Source: Felis catus (taxonomy: Eukaryota). Taken from it: DNA of 64,000 nt. The position numbers and the translations under genes are program-made. Every line of letters begins with the position of its first letter. Positions within the stretch are counted from its first letter, which is position 1. The notes beneath the pieces are model-generated. The model ran no database searches and was not told where the DNA came from. It saw only the letters and a program-made list of their open reading frames with translations. The DNA lies in contig NC_058368.1 in the NCBI RefSeq assembly GCF_018350175.1, forward strand, positions 193,132,001 to 193,196,000. Direction: 5' to 3'. Below are positions 1 through 12,316 of this stretch, piece after piece.

Positions 1-123
1 CATTGATGGGAAAACAGATGCCCAAAGAAGAGAAACTTCTAATTCTTCCTCCATGGGGACATGGTCACTCACTTAGGGGTCAAGCCTTGTCTTGGTTCAT
101 ACATATGACTAATCGGTAGAGGG

Positions 124-625
124 TATCTGGTTATCTATTGCTGCATAAAAAAAACTTCCCCAAAGTTCAGTAGCTTAAAACAACAATTTATCCTGTCTCA
201 CGTTTTTGTTGAAGGGGCTCAGTTGGGTGGTTCTCACATGGAGCTTCTCCTGTAGTTGCAGTTAGATGGAGGCTGGGGCTGCAAGCATCAGAAGGCTGGA
301 ATAGACTGGAGATCTAAGATGACTCCCTCATAGGGTCGGCAGTCTGGGCTGGCTGTCAACCGGAGTGTCTGTGCATGGTTTCTTCATGTGGCTTGGATGT
401 CTCACAGCACGTGGCAAGGTTCTGGGAGGGATCATCTCAAGAGTGGGTGTTCTAAGAGGAAGGAAGCAGAAACTGCCAGGCCAGGTTATGGTTGGGCCCT
501 CTTCACTTCTGCTATCTTCTACTGGTCTAGGAGATCAAGTAGGCTCTACTTGTTGTTGAGAGGGCACCAGAATCATATTGCAGAAGAGAGTGTGGGATGG
601 GGGATGTTGTGGTTATCTTTGGGAA
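124..625 (-). mobile_element. MaLR solo LTR, MLT1G/H-like (ancient)
   Basis: Begins tatctggttatctattgctgcataa...cccaaagttcagtagcttaaaacaacaattta, the reverse complement of the MLT1 LTR 3' end; internal MLT1-type segments follow. Subfamily and right boundary are approximate. Confidence 0.7.
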
Positions 626-1289
626 GGGGTAAAAACTCTGCCCCAGCATTTTTTCCCTCTTCCTCCCAAGGACTTACAAACATCTGTGCTCACATGCTGA
701 GGGAAGTAAATGAAACTGTGGCCTTTCCTCCTGGGCTCTGCCAGTTTTAGGTGTGGGAAGGAGAGGCCACTTAATCCCATTTGAAAGAATCATGGAAAGG
801 GTAAAAAACTCTCCACTCCCTGGTGAAACAGAAATATTAAATATTTCTTAGAAAAATTCTTTACTGGAGCAACCACACGCATGCTAATAAGAATAGAATT
901 ATTTTTTTTAAACTTGTTTTTGGGAAATGTTCATAATAAAACATCCTGTACTTGAATTATTAAAAACAATGTTGAGTAAAGAATTGCTTAATTTAGTAAA
1001 TAATTTTAAAGCAAGCCATTATTTTCCCCAAACTTGAATTTGCTGAAAGCACTCCAAGAATTTTATTACCAGCATGACTGCATAATGTAATTGTGTAATT
1101 AGTAATACATCTGACACTGTTGGAGAGATTTAGTTTTACTTAGGGCAAGAACAAGTGTAGTATTTTATTATTTTTTTGAGACTGCATGAGGGACACTGTT
1201 CTGTGTTGCTGGTTGATTTTTTTTTTTTAAATACATTGTCTGGCTGAATTCACAGAGAATGAACCAACATTTATTGTTATTGGGTCTAT

Positions 1290-1490
1290 GGATAGAACAT
1301 GTGATATAAAATTGGAATGACCTGGGTTTGAATCTTGGTGCTGCCTCTTACTACTTATGTTTTCCTTGGGCAAGTTACATAACCAAAATTTCAGATTCTT
1401 TAGCTATAAAATACTAATGAGAATTTTTATTTCGTAAGGTTGCTTTGATTCTTAAATGGGATAATGTACCTAGAAGGCCTAGGGTGGGTG
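1290..1490 (+). mobile_element. MIR SINE remnant
   Basis: gacctgggtttgaatcttgg...ccttgggcaagttacataacc...taaatgggataatg matches the MIR core. Confidence 0.7.
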
Positions 1491-1881
1491 GTGGGTTAGG
1501 TCCCTTTGTCTCTCTTGACGATTCTGTCTGAGTGCTTGATTTTGTGAGTGACTAGGATGATCAGTGTAACATCCAACTTGGGTGTGTTTGCTGTGCACAG
1601 GCTCGGTTTGGTGCGTGAGCTGGGTTGCCAATTATTTCACATAGATTTACCAAGAGAAGCATCTGTTCAAGGAATCTACAACTTACATGCTTATAATGCC
1701 TCCAATTCCAGTTATAAGCACGTTTTACACTGATGAACTTTTCTTGCATTATTGGGTTTGGAGGGACAAATGTTGATTTAGGGAGAGGAGTTAGAAAGCT
1801 AATGCTGTAAACTGATGGAGTGCTGACTTCCGGTTGACTGATGAGGTTGTGTTGTGTCAGAGTCCTAGATTACGGTCCCAG

Positions 1882-2516
1882 TGTGGAAGGAAGCATTCTA
1901 AACTGACTCCTGTTGACCCTCATCTCCTTATGTCATCTCCTTCCCTTGAGCGTGGGTGAAATCTGTGAATAGGACTGGCTATCACTGTTATGTTATCTGG
2001 AAAAGGGATTTTGCAGATGTGATTAAGGTTACTCATCAGTTGACTCTGAGTTAATCAAAAGGATGGGCCTCACCTAACCACACGAGCCCTTTAAATCTAG
2101 GTCTAGAAGTTAGAGATGGCATAAGAGACTCAAAGCTTGAGGGAGATTCCATGTGAAGGAGCTCCATTGCTGGCATCAGAGATGGAGGGGGGCCACATGG
2201 TGCGGACAGGGGACTGCCTCTGGGAGCTGAGAGTGACCCCTGGCTAATAGGCAGCAAGAAATGAGGACCTTGGTCCTACAACTTCAAGAAACTGCATTGT
2301 TCCTACACCCATGTAAGCTTGAAAGAGGACGCAGAGCTGTGGAAAGGAAGACAGCCCAGCCAACACCTCAATCTCCATGCACTCAAACATAAGCACAGAG
2401 TTCAGCCATGATATGCCCAGACATTTTACCTACAGAAACTGTAAGATAATAGATCTGTGTTGTTTCAAGCCACTAGGTTTGTGGTAATTTGTTATGCACA
2501 GTATAAAACTAATATG
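1882..2516 (+). mobile_element. MaLR solo LTR, MLT1E-like
   Basis: Starts tgtgg..., contains gattttgcagatgtgattaaggtt and ends tttgtggtaatttgttatgcacagtataaaactaata; flanks cccag/ccctg match at 4 of 5 positions, as expected for a 5-bp TSD. Confidence 0.75.
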
Positions 2517-2624
2517 CCCTGTAATTCTCAACCTGACATCTCAGGTTGAATCATTTCCTTTCCGTAGTTGTCAATTTCCTTGCCTTTAAGGAAGAGCATT
2601 TTCTGGTCTAAAACACTGATACTT

Positions 2625-2800
2625 ATGCTAATTGTGCATCAAAATCACTTAGATTATGAGGACCAGCTCAAAATGTAGATTGCAGACCTTTCTCCTGATC
2701 TTCTGAATCAGATGATCTGGGGGTAAGCCTCGAGGCTGCATTGTTAACAGGTTTTCCAGGTGATTCTGATGCTTGTGGTCCTGGATCATGCTGACACTGG
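2625..2800. mobile_element. MER5-like hAT (Charlie) non-autonomous DNA transposon remnant
   Basis: gcatcaaaatcac...ttctgaatcag...taacaggttttccaggtgattctgatgc...tggtcc is the MER5A-type palindromic layout. Confidence 0.65.
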
Positions 2801-4658
2801 CACTGGCAGGTAAAAAGTGACAAGAGAGTCCTTTTGTCTTTTGTTATCATAAGAGTCATAGCCATGTAGACATAGGGCTCACTGGGTATAAGGCACTTTG
2901 TGAATGCTCTATTTACCTTCTCTTGTGTAAGCTTTGTAATTACCTATCATTACCTATAAGGTAGGCCCGATTATTAGTTGAATTTCACTGTGGCTTGAGG
3001 CAGCCCAAGGTTACACAGTACAGAAGAAGTAGAACTAGAATTTAAATCTAATGTCTGTCATTTCCAGTTGGATCTTAACCACTAAGCATATTGTCTGCCA
3101 TGAAATAGAGTGTCTATATCTGTAGCACCAAACACACATCTTTGGTAGTTGAATAATAAACATATTTTGGCAGGTGAATTCTTCTCCAGGTGCCCCAGCC
3201 ATCTATCCAGTGCAGGGCCATTTTTGAGACAATGGAGGGGGAGAAGAAAGAGCTGGTGAAGACCTTTTCTGCATTTGGCCTTTTACCCCATTTGTTCGAA
3301 GGCCAAAGCTGCTAAGGCTTTTGCCTCCATAAGGCCCTGCTGAATGGGTCCCAGCTGAGCACTCAGTGTTCCGGGGTAGGGAGGGCCAAGGCAGGAATTG
3401 AGTGGATATGTGGTTGGCTCCGGACTTACCACAGCTGCACCTTCACGTGGGTGAGCTAACAGCAGCCACTCCCACGTGTGGGACCCATTCCCCTGGCTGG
3501 AGCTGATTAATCCAGGGCAGAACACTGGGAACCAGAAGCTTGCAATGTAATGATCTGGAGGTCCCTGGAGCCAAGTGCCCTTATTGACAGAGCTCTGGTA
3601 AGAAGCCCACACACCCTCCCTGCTGCCCAGGCCCCGGGAGCCAAACTGCCTCTTGCCCTTCTTGGATATTCCAGTAACTTTCCACTATATTCCTGCTGTG
3701 ATTTAAGATAGCCAAGTCAGACTCTGTTGCTGGGAATCAAAAGAAGCTCTGCTAATGGAGGATTGGGGACTTTCAGAGCTGGAAGGTGGCTGGAATGTCA
3801 TCTGTCTCCCTGTGCGGTCCTGCTGAGATGGCAGAGCTCTCTCTGCCCTGCAAGGATCTGCCTCTGTGCCCTTAAGACTGGCCCATTTGTCTAGACTCAC
3901 TCATGCCCCTCCACCATCTGTGGGAGCCCCCTCTCCCCACCCCTCCCAAACCGACTCAACTCTGAAGGTGCCATACAAGCCCCATCTCTTCCATTTGAAA
4001 GCCTTAAAAATGTTGTGCTGTAAATATTTAAAATAACTTTCCTTTTCTTCTCTACCCTTTCATATTTTCTCTACCTTTAACTCTCCCTGGTTGTAAAGCA
4101 AGGGTGTTCTTAGGTTGAGATAAATCTTTCTATGTGAATCATGACAAATTCCAACTTTGTGGCACCAAAATAATAGCTAACATGTCTATTAGAAGCCAGG
4201 CTTACTAATACGTAAGTGCTTCATGAAGTTTGACTTGTTTAACTTAATCTCAAAAAAATTCATTGAGGGATTGTCATTGCTCCCTATTTTATAAACAATG
4301 AAATTGAAGGTTCAAGAGGTTCCAAATTAATGAGGTTATATTTCAGACTTGTCTGTGTCTCAAACAGTAACAGCAGAACCATTGCAAAGCATCTCTATTT
4401 CCCCCTTGTACCACCATCTCTGTTCCATTTATTTTTCATATTAAGAGAAAAAAAAGGGTGGTGGTGAGAGGTTCAGGGTAATGTGAACATCACAAGAAAG
4501 TTGGACATAAAGGGAGGAACTGGGTCTGGTTGAAGTAAAGAATAAGGGAAGACTGTCTTGAGAGTTAGCACCTGGGAAGTGTGGCAGATTGCATTTTTCA
4601 AAGAAAGCAGGAATTATTCTTCTCTCCCAGGTGCTTTTCTGCATCTTAATAATCTTGT

Positions 4659-5102
4659 GTCAAGAGGTAGAGTCCATGTCCCTCCCCTTGGACCCGGATG
4701 GGTCTTTGTGACTGCCTGGACAACCAACCTCAGAGGAAGTGATGCTATGTGGCTTCTGAGGCTAAGTCATAAAAATGCCACCCTATCTCTTGGGATTCTC
4801 AGCCTTGTGACCTGGTCACCATGCTGCCAGGAAGCCCATCCAACTCATGGAGACACACAGTCCCACAGCCCTGGCTGGGCTCCCTGCTGCAGGCCAACAT
4901 CTCTACTGGGGTGAATGTGCCACCTTGAAAGCAGGTCCTTTACTTCCCACTTGAGCTATTCCAGCTACTGTCACATGAAGCAGAGGTGAGCCATTTCCCT
5001 GGGGCCTGTTGAAATTATAGATTCATGAACAAAAAAATCACTGTTGTTCTAGACCACTCAGTTTTGGAGTCGTTTGTTAAACAGCAGTAGATTAATGATA
5101 CA
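4659..5102 (+). mobile_element. MaLR solo LTR, MLT1G/H-like
   Basis: tcaagaggtagagtccatgtccctcccc...gaagtgatgctatgtggcttctgaggctaagtcataaaa...gttttggagtcgtttgttaaacagcagtagattaatgataca (MLT1 3' end). Confidence 0.65.
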
Positions 5103-5269
5103 GAAGAGGCTCTAAAAGATGGAAATCTTTCTAGACAAGGTTACGAAGCCCCTATGCTGATCATTGACAGCTGCTGGTGGTAAATACAATAATATCCCTA
5201 TTAGTAATGGCCTCAAATAGGGTCATTGTAGCCATTGTAGCAGGGTTCGGTAGTCATTGTTTTTTCTGG

Positions 5270-5410
5270 AATTTGCTCATGCTAAGTGGTTCACACTTTA
5301 TCTCACTGAATTCCAATGATAATTCAATGAGGTAGGTATTACTATCCTCATTTTATAGATGAGGGATCTGAGGATTGGAGAATTTGAGTTTACTTCAAGA
5401 TCACACAGAG
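5270..5410 (-). mobile_element. MIR SINE remnant
   Basis: atgaggtaggtattactatcctcattttatagatgagggatctgagg is the reverse MIR core. Confidence 0.7.
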
Positions 5411-6639
5411 CTTCTAAGAAATGCTCTCTGCCCCTCCCCCCAAACTTCCTTGTGTAGTATTCCCAGGTTCTAACCTTTCCTCCCTACCTGCCCAAACTCT
5501 AAAAGAAGGCTCATTCTCTCATCCAGGCAGGGCTCATTGAAGAAATGATGCTTTTAACCAGACTTCCACAGAAGTGCGAATGACTGGTAGGTAGGCCAAT
5601 GCATTCTTTTACCAATCTGTTTACAAAGAGGATGCCCATTAATGAAAACGAAGAGCTCTTCTGGAGAGCATTTCTCTAGAGCTCTCTGGAGGAAGAATAA
5701 CTTTTCCTAGCACTTGTCCAGATAATTTTGTGTCCTAGATGAAGGGCTGACATGGTCCAGACAGCTCACAATTGTTTCCTCTTTTGGCAATTTGGAAAAC
5801 AGGCTGAATTATGTCATTCCCTCGAAGATGTGCCCCATCCTGGGTGGCACCCATCTGTTACCACCCCTATCTTACCTGTGAGGAAACTACAGCTCAGAGG
5901 CGTTTACAGCTTTGCCCAGAATCACACAGAAGAACCAAGACTTGAATGTGGGTCTTCTAACTTCAAAAGCTGGGTCCAGTCTGCAACATGGCTGTACCTT
6001 TCCCCCCTCCAACAATATGGATAGTTTAGGGAGGTGAATGATAAATGATGAAAGACAGCAGCTAGCAGAAGGAAAGCAGTGATCTGAACACCTAAGGGGA
6101 ATCCTAAACAGTGGAAAGAAGAAAGCAAATTGTTAAAAAACCAGGAAAAAAAAAGGAAAAGAAATAAAGCCATTTGGAAGTGCTCATTGAGTTGATGCAG
6201 TGGATAATTTAATAAGCCGTCTGTTCTGATCTGTCTTGCTTCCCTGCTCTTAGCAGGGTGCCGTATGGAAGCTCCTACTCAGTAATTATAAAGAATGATC
6301 TTTCCCCCTGTTTGGGATCTTATGGTGTGATGTGGGGAGCTCAGCTGCTAAGCTGTTTTTTTGGGGGGAGGCAGATTTGGAGCAAATGTGAATGTGTACG
6401 GGTGCATGCTGCGGGGGTAAGGGACTGAGTCTGGGATTGGGCTTTAAAATCTCTTTGCCCTTATAGCAACCTGATTTCTGCTCCTTTCTGAGACCTGGAT
6501 GCCAGCACGACCTTCCTGCCTTCTACTCGATCAAATCTTATCCAGCCTGCGACTTCAGGACTCAGCTTCCTGCTAACCGTCAATAAATTCGTCAGACACA
6601 CAAATCCTTCCTTAGTGAATATGGTTCCTGTTCAGTTAA

Positions 6640-7100
6640 GAAAATTGATTCACTCACCAAATACTGAAGATCTCTGAGTGCTAGGCACTGTTATGAGAAA
6701 GTCCATGCTCTCATTGAATCTGTGTTTTAGTAGAGAAGGTTGGTAGGAAGCCAAAAAAGAAAGAAATACAGATATCAGAGACTGATAAGTGGTAAGAATA
6801 CTATGGTGTCATGTTTTGGATGGATGATCAGGATGTGAGTTCTGAGAAGGTGTCACTAGAGTGGAGACCCAGGTTATGAGAAGGTCCACTTGCAGTAGGG
6901 GCTGGGGGAGGCATGCTCCAGGCAGAGAGAGCTGTGAGAGCAGCGGCTCTGAGGGAGGAACTGCTTGGCGTGTTGAAGGAACAGCAGAAAGTCACAGGGG
7001 ACGGTGGTCAAGATGAGGCTGAGAGTGGCAGAAGCCAAATGATTCAGGACCTTAAAGGCCGGGGCAACCAGCTGGGTGACATGATCTGATTTCTATTTTG
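6640..7100 (-). mobile_element. L2 LINE 3' remnant
   Basis: attgattcactcaccaaatactgaag...gtgctaggcactg followed by L2-type purine-rich body (gcatgctccaggcagag...gttgaaggaacagcag...gtgacatgatctgattt). Confidence 0.6.
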
Positions 7101-7314
7101 TTCTTATACCTAGTCTTTGAACATGAGGGTTGGAGCGTGCTTTAGAACTCAGAGGTGACTTTTCCAAGGCTCCAGGGCTTGGTTAGTGACAGAACCAGGA
7201 CAGGCACTGCTCTGATTTAAACAGGGTCCATTGTCCTTGTGATTTGCAGTCCTTCTGCAGGCACTTTCAGAGCAGAATGTATTGGAAAGATTGGGGACTG
7301 TGTTGGATCAGGTG

Positions 7315-9445
7315 TTCTTTTTCTTTTCTTTTTTTTTTTTTAATTGAGATACAATTGGCGTAAAACATTGTATCAGTTTAAGGGGTTGGTTTGATACCTT
7401 TATATAGGACAATATGATCACCACAGTAGCTTTAGTGAATACCTCAGGTCACGTAATTGTTTCTTTTTTGTGGTAGACATTTAAGGTCACGTAATTGTTT
7501 CCTTTTGTGGTAGACATTTAAGATCTAGTCTCTTAGCAACTTTGAAGTATATTATACAGTACTGTTAAGTATAGCCACTATGCTATACATTGCATCCCCA
7601 GAACGTGTTCACCTTCTAACTGCAAGTTTGTATGCTTTGGCCAGGCTCCCTAATTCACCCACCCCAGCTCCTGGTAACCATCATTCTGCTCTGTGTCAGT
7701 TTTTAAGATTCCACATACAAGTGATATCATACAGCATTTGTCTTTCTCTGTCTGACTGCTCTCACTTGGCATAACACCATCAAGATCCCTCCATGTTGTT
7801 GCAAATGGTAGGATTTTCTTATTTCTCAAGGCTGAATAATATTCTATCGTGCATATACCATTTCTTTTTATCTATTCATCTGTTGATGGACACTGGAGGT
7901 TGCTTTCATAGAGCGACTGTCCTGAGTAATGCGGCAATGAACATGGCATACAGGTATCTTTTGAGATCTTATTTTCATTTCCTTCGGAAATAACCAAGAG
8001 GTGGGATTGCTGGATCATATGGTAGTTCTATTTTTACGTTTTTGAGGAAAATGCATACTAATTTTCCAGAGTGACGACAACATTTTACATTCCTACCAGT
8101 AGTGTGCAAGCCTCCCAATTTCTCCACATCCTCACCAACATTTGTTAACTTTTTCTTCTTTTTAATAAGAGCTAGCTAAAGAGGTGTAAGGTCATATCTC
8201 AAAGTGGTTTTGATTTACATTTCCCAGGTGATTAGCAATGTTGAGCCTTTATTCTACTTATATGGTGTATTACATTGATTGACTTTCAGATGCTAAACTA
8301 ACCTTGGATTATTCCTGAGATAAATCCCACTTGGTTACGGTGAATACTACTTTCTATGTCACTGGAGTCAGTTTGCTAGTATTTTGCTGAGGATCTACAT
8401 TCATAAGGGATATATTAGCCTGTAGGTTTCTTATGATGTCTTTGCCTGATTTGACCTCTGGGTCTTCATAAAATGAGATGGGAAGTGTGCTCTCCCCTTC
8501 CATTTTTGGAAGAGATTGTACAGAACTGGTATTAATTGTTTAAATGTTTTTTTAGAATTCACCAGTCAAGCTATCTGGGTCTTGGCTTTTTTGTTGTTGT
8601 TGTTGAAAGTTCAAAAGCTGCTAGTTCAATCGCTTTGTTTATTATGGGTTTATTTAGATTATCTGGTGTTTTTTTTTTTTTTTTGTCAGTTTAAATAATT
8701 TGTATCTTTCTAGGAATTGGTCCATTACATCAAAGTTATCTAATTTGTTGGCATATAGTGTTTATAGTATTTCCTTTTTACTCCTCTTATTTCTGTAAAG
8801 TCAGTAATAATATCATCTCTTTCATTCTTGATTTTAGTAACTTGAGTGTCTTCTCTTTTTCTTCTTAGTCAGTCTAGCCAAAGATTTGCCAACTTTGTTG
8901 CTCTTTTCCAAGAACCAGTTTGCTCCCATTTATTTTTACACTGTTTTCTCTTCCCCATTTCAACTATTTTAGCTCTAATCTTTATGGTCTCCATCTTTTT
9001 GCTTGTTTTGGGTTTGGTTTGCTCTTTTTCTAGTTCCTTAAGGTGGGAATTTAGGGTATTGACTTGGGAATCTTCTTTTTTAACACAGATATTTACATCT
9101 ACACATTTCCTTCTAACCACTGTTTTTGCTGCATACTATACATTTTGATATGTTGTGTTTTTAATGGGGCCTCCAACACAGATTTCTTTGTTATGCACCA
9201 TGCTGCCGGCTCTTGGCTACTAGGACACTGATCTGGGGATGGAGGGGATGGGAATAGTTAAAACATCACAGACTCTGCTGACGTTCAGTTGTTTCTCTTG
9301 GGTAGATTATTTTCAGATTGTTTTGTACCTTTGTTTAATCGCCAAGTTCTAAACTTATAGTTGATTTTAATCGTGTAGCCCATCTTTTCATTATTTTAGA
9401 GGGAGCAGGAATTCACCGAGATCCTCACTCTGCCATTCTGGCCCT
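7315..9445 (-). mobile_element. Old LINE-1 (L1MA9/L1_Carn-like), internally deleted or a composite of fragments
   Basis: Poly-T tail at 7315-7341, L1 3'UTR and ORF2 C-terminus to ~8248, then ORF2 middle (ORF 8869..9120 HLKELEKEQTKPKTSKKMETIKIRAKI), then an L1M-type 5'-end-like tail at ~9300-9445. Confidence 0.75.
7446..7520. repeat. Tandem duplication, 2 x 37-38 bp, inside the L1 3'UTR
   Basis: aggtcacgtaattgtttc(t/c)tttt(t)gtggtagacattta at 7446 and again at 7484. Confidence 0.9.
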
Positions 9446-9589
9446 TGTTCACTTTTAGCTTCTAACAACCCTTTGGGCATTATCCCCTCTTGGTAGATGA
9501 GAAAAGTGAGGCTTGGGAAGATTCAGTAACTTCCTAAGGCCACGTAGCTGCTAAACAGTGAAGTCAGGATTTTAATTTGGGTAACCCCG

Positions 9590-9940
9590 TAGAACTTTCA
9601 TCATGCTGTTCTCTGTGACCCAGATGTCTTCTTTAGATGACTCTGTCACCTCCCTCAAGTCTTTTTTCAAGTCTTCCTGCTCTGTCAGGCCTGCCCTGGC
9701 CAGCCTCCCTCTGTTGCCTGTGTTCTCAGCCTCCCCTTTAGCTGTCCTGCTGCTTTTCCCCATCACCATTTCATTTGGAAACCTACCATATTTTGTTTTT
9801 ATTTATTGTCTGTCACCTCTTGCTGGAAGGTCAGTTCCATGAAAGCAGTAATCCTGTGCTGTTGATTTTCCTTGCTGGATCCCCAGAGTTTGAAATTCTG
9901 CCCGGCACCTGTAAAGCTCTCGGTGAATATTTGTTGGATC
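9590..9940 (+). mobile_element. L2 LINE 3' remnant
   Basis: ccttgctggatccccagagtttg...cccggcacctgtaaagctctcggtgaatatttgttgg matches the L2 3' terminus. Confidence 0.6.
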
Positions 9941-10328
9941 TGGCTCCAGAGCCCCAGCTCGAAACCCTAAGTTAGTAGCTGGGTTTGGACTTGAACTCTC
10001 ACCTGGCTTTGTCGGAAGCCCAGGGTCCTAACAGGTTCCTCAGAGCATGGGGACCCCAGGCCTGGCTCCGGGAGATTTGTCTCGTCCCAGGTGATACAAG
10101 ATTTATTCCCAGATGGCTGGGATTGGCCCTCCAGGAAGCTGTGGTGTCCTTTCCTGCCTCCCCATATATTTTCCCTTTCCCTGCCAGTAGCTGTCAGTGA
10201 CACTGTTTCCCTGGTGTGGGAATGTTGGAACTAGGGCAGGGGCCAACTGTCTTCTGGGGGCTTTTCCCTGCAGTCAGCTGATGACAGCATTTGCAGGGAG
10301 TGGATCTGCCATAGGCAGAGAGAGTGGA

Positions 10329-10330
10329 GT

Positions 10331-10368
<38 letters not shown>
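10329..10368. repeat. (TG)n microsatellite
   Basis: Direct reading. Confidence 0.95.
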
Positions 10369-10370
<2 letters not shown>

Positions 10371-10466
10371 GCACACATATGTACACATAGCAGGTAACAG
10401 CTGTATGTGCAAGGTCTCAGGTGGGAACTGCCTTAGGTGTGTGAGCAGCCAAGAGAGGTCATTATG

Positions 10467-10689
10467 GGGGCGCCTGGGTGGTGCAGTCGGTTAGGCGTCT
10501 GGCTTCAGCCAGGTCACGATCTTGCGGTCCGGGAGTTCGAGCCCCGCGTCGGGCTCTGGGCTGATGGCTCAGAGCCTGGAGCCTGTTTCCGATTCTGTGT
10601 CTCCCTCTCTCTCTGACCCTCCCCCGTTCAAGCTCTGTCTCTCTCTGTCTCAAAAATAAATAAACGTTGAAAAAAAATTAAAAAAAAAA
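10467..10689 (+). mobile_element. Can-SINE (SINEC_Fc type), young
   Basis: ggggcgcctgggtgg tRNA-derived head with A/B boxes (gttcgagccc), (CT)n tract, aaaataaataaa, A-tail; TSD aagagaggtcatt at 10451-10463 and 10690-10702. Confidence 0.95.
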
Positions 10690-11129
10690 AAGAGAGGTCA
10701 TTCTGGAAGGAGCAGACTGGACTGAGGTGAGGCAGGTGGGGCAGGTGGGGGAAGGGCACTGCATCCATGAGCTCTAGGGGCAGGGGGGGTACTAGATGGA
10801 GCCAAGCTAGCCCTGAATGTGAGAGCAGCCACCCCAACCTGCTGCCTGTGCCTTCTTGGGGTCATCCCTCCTCTGGGGCTCTGACACGCTTTCGCAGTGA
10901 CCGAGTCAGTCTCAGATAACAGATGTGATGCCAGGCCTGGAGAACCACTCAGGCACACCCCTCACCTGACAGAAGATTGAGGCCCAGAGAGATCGGGCGA
11001 CTTGTCCAAAATCACATAGGAGGTCAGTGGCAGATTCCTAACTCTTGCGTCTGAGCTCTTTCTACCACTGGAACTTCTTTTTTTCTTCTTTCTCCATTCC
11101 TTTCCTTAAAAAAATGTACCTCCGACAGA

Positions 11130-11320
11130 GGAAGTACTGCATTAAATACTTTCCACTCATTACATGCGTTAATTTTCCCTGAATGAGGCAGGTTCTGCAA
11201 GTATCCATACTTTGCAGCTGAGAAGCTGAGGCTCAGAGAGGGAGGGAATTTTGTGAAGGTTGCACAGTCCGTGGGCGGCAACGTGAGGATTCTAATCCAC
11301 GTCTGCTTGCCTGCTGACCT
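11130..11320 (-). mobile_element. MIR SINE remnant
   Basis: ccatactttgcagctgagaagctgaggctcagagag...aaggttgcacag...ggattctaatcc. Confidence 0.65.
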
Positions 11321-11948
11321 TGCCCCAGGCCCCAGCGCCTCTTTACCCTTCAGTGGCCGATAGGCCAGCCAGATGCTGTAGAGCTCTGTGGAGGGCAAGG
11401 AGGTGGAGTGAGTTAGGCTGACCCTGGGATGCTCCACCCTTCTGTCCCCAGCCTCACCAGAAGTGTCGTCCAACCTCATCCAGGTTAACCAGAGGTGGGT
11501 TAACCTCTACCAGAGCGTGTTTCGGGGCCCAGAACCCCCTGGGGGATGGGCTTCCTGCTGCTTGCAAGCTCTGGGCCTTCTGATTTGCAGTGGCCAATTT
11601 GCCCTTCGTTGTCCTGCACGGGTGGCTTGGCCCTCATGGTGGCACAGACTCACTATTCCCCACTTGGCTTGCACAGCACTGTCAGTAGCCACTACCCTAC
11701 TCGATAGTGTTGAGCGTGCTTTTCTCATGACACATCTCCTATTCTCCTCTGTGAGATTCGTCTCACTGTGACCCCCCCGTTTTCCAATGAGAAACACTGA
11801 AATCTGATGTTAAAGGTACGTGAAAACCCCCACGGCCACAAAATTAACAAGGAGTGGAGCTGGGGCTCAGGCCATGCTAGCTCTCTGTCCCCCAGATTTG
11901 CTGGTTTGGGGTAGTGGCTGCCATTCTGTGACTGTCCGTGTGTTTCTT

Positions 11949-12182
11949 TTTTTTTTTAATTTTTTTTTCTTTTTGTTTTCAACATTTATTTATTTTTGGG
12001 ACAGAGAGAGACAGAGCATGAACAGGGGAGGGGCAGAGAGAGAGGGAGACACAGAATCGGAAACAGGCTCCAGGCTCTGAGCTGTCAGCACAGAGCCCGA
12101 CGCGGGGCTCGAACTCCCGGACCGCGAGATCATGACCTGGCTGAAGTCGGACGCTTAACCGACTGCGCCACCCAGGCGCCCC
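11949..12182 (-). mobile_element. Can-SINE (SINEC_Fc type), very young
   Basis: Full reverse-complement SINE with most CpGs intact; perfect 16-bp TSD tgtccgtgtgtttctt at 11933-11948 and 12183-12198; TT/AAGAA L1-endonuclease-type site on the minus strand. Confidence 0.97.
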
Positions 12183-12316
12183 TGTCCGTGTGTTTCTTAA
12201 TCAGTCCTCTATGTTTGCAGCCGAGGTGAATGAGGCTCAGAGGGTTGGGACTTGCTCTGGGCCTCCTAGGTGGCAGGTGAGAGAACAGTGGAGCAAACTG
12301 TGTGCGTGAGCCAAGC

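Noticed and set aside
10467..10560. tRNA gene (A/B boxes)
   Set aside because: This is the tRNA-derived head of a Can-SINE with CT tract, A-tail and TSD, not a tRNA.
10462..12229. Similar short ORFs (RERGRHRIGNRLQALS...) recurring in the track
   Set aside because: Antisense translations of Can-SINE copies, not a gene family.
12261..12277. CTCF-like sequence cctcctaggtggcag
   Set aside because: Two mismatches in the 5' core and located in a decayed MIR-like stretch; too weak.
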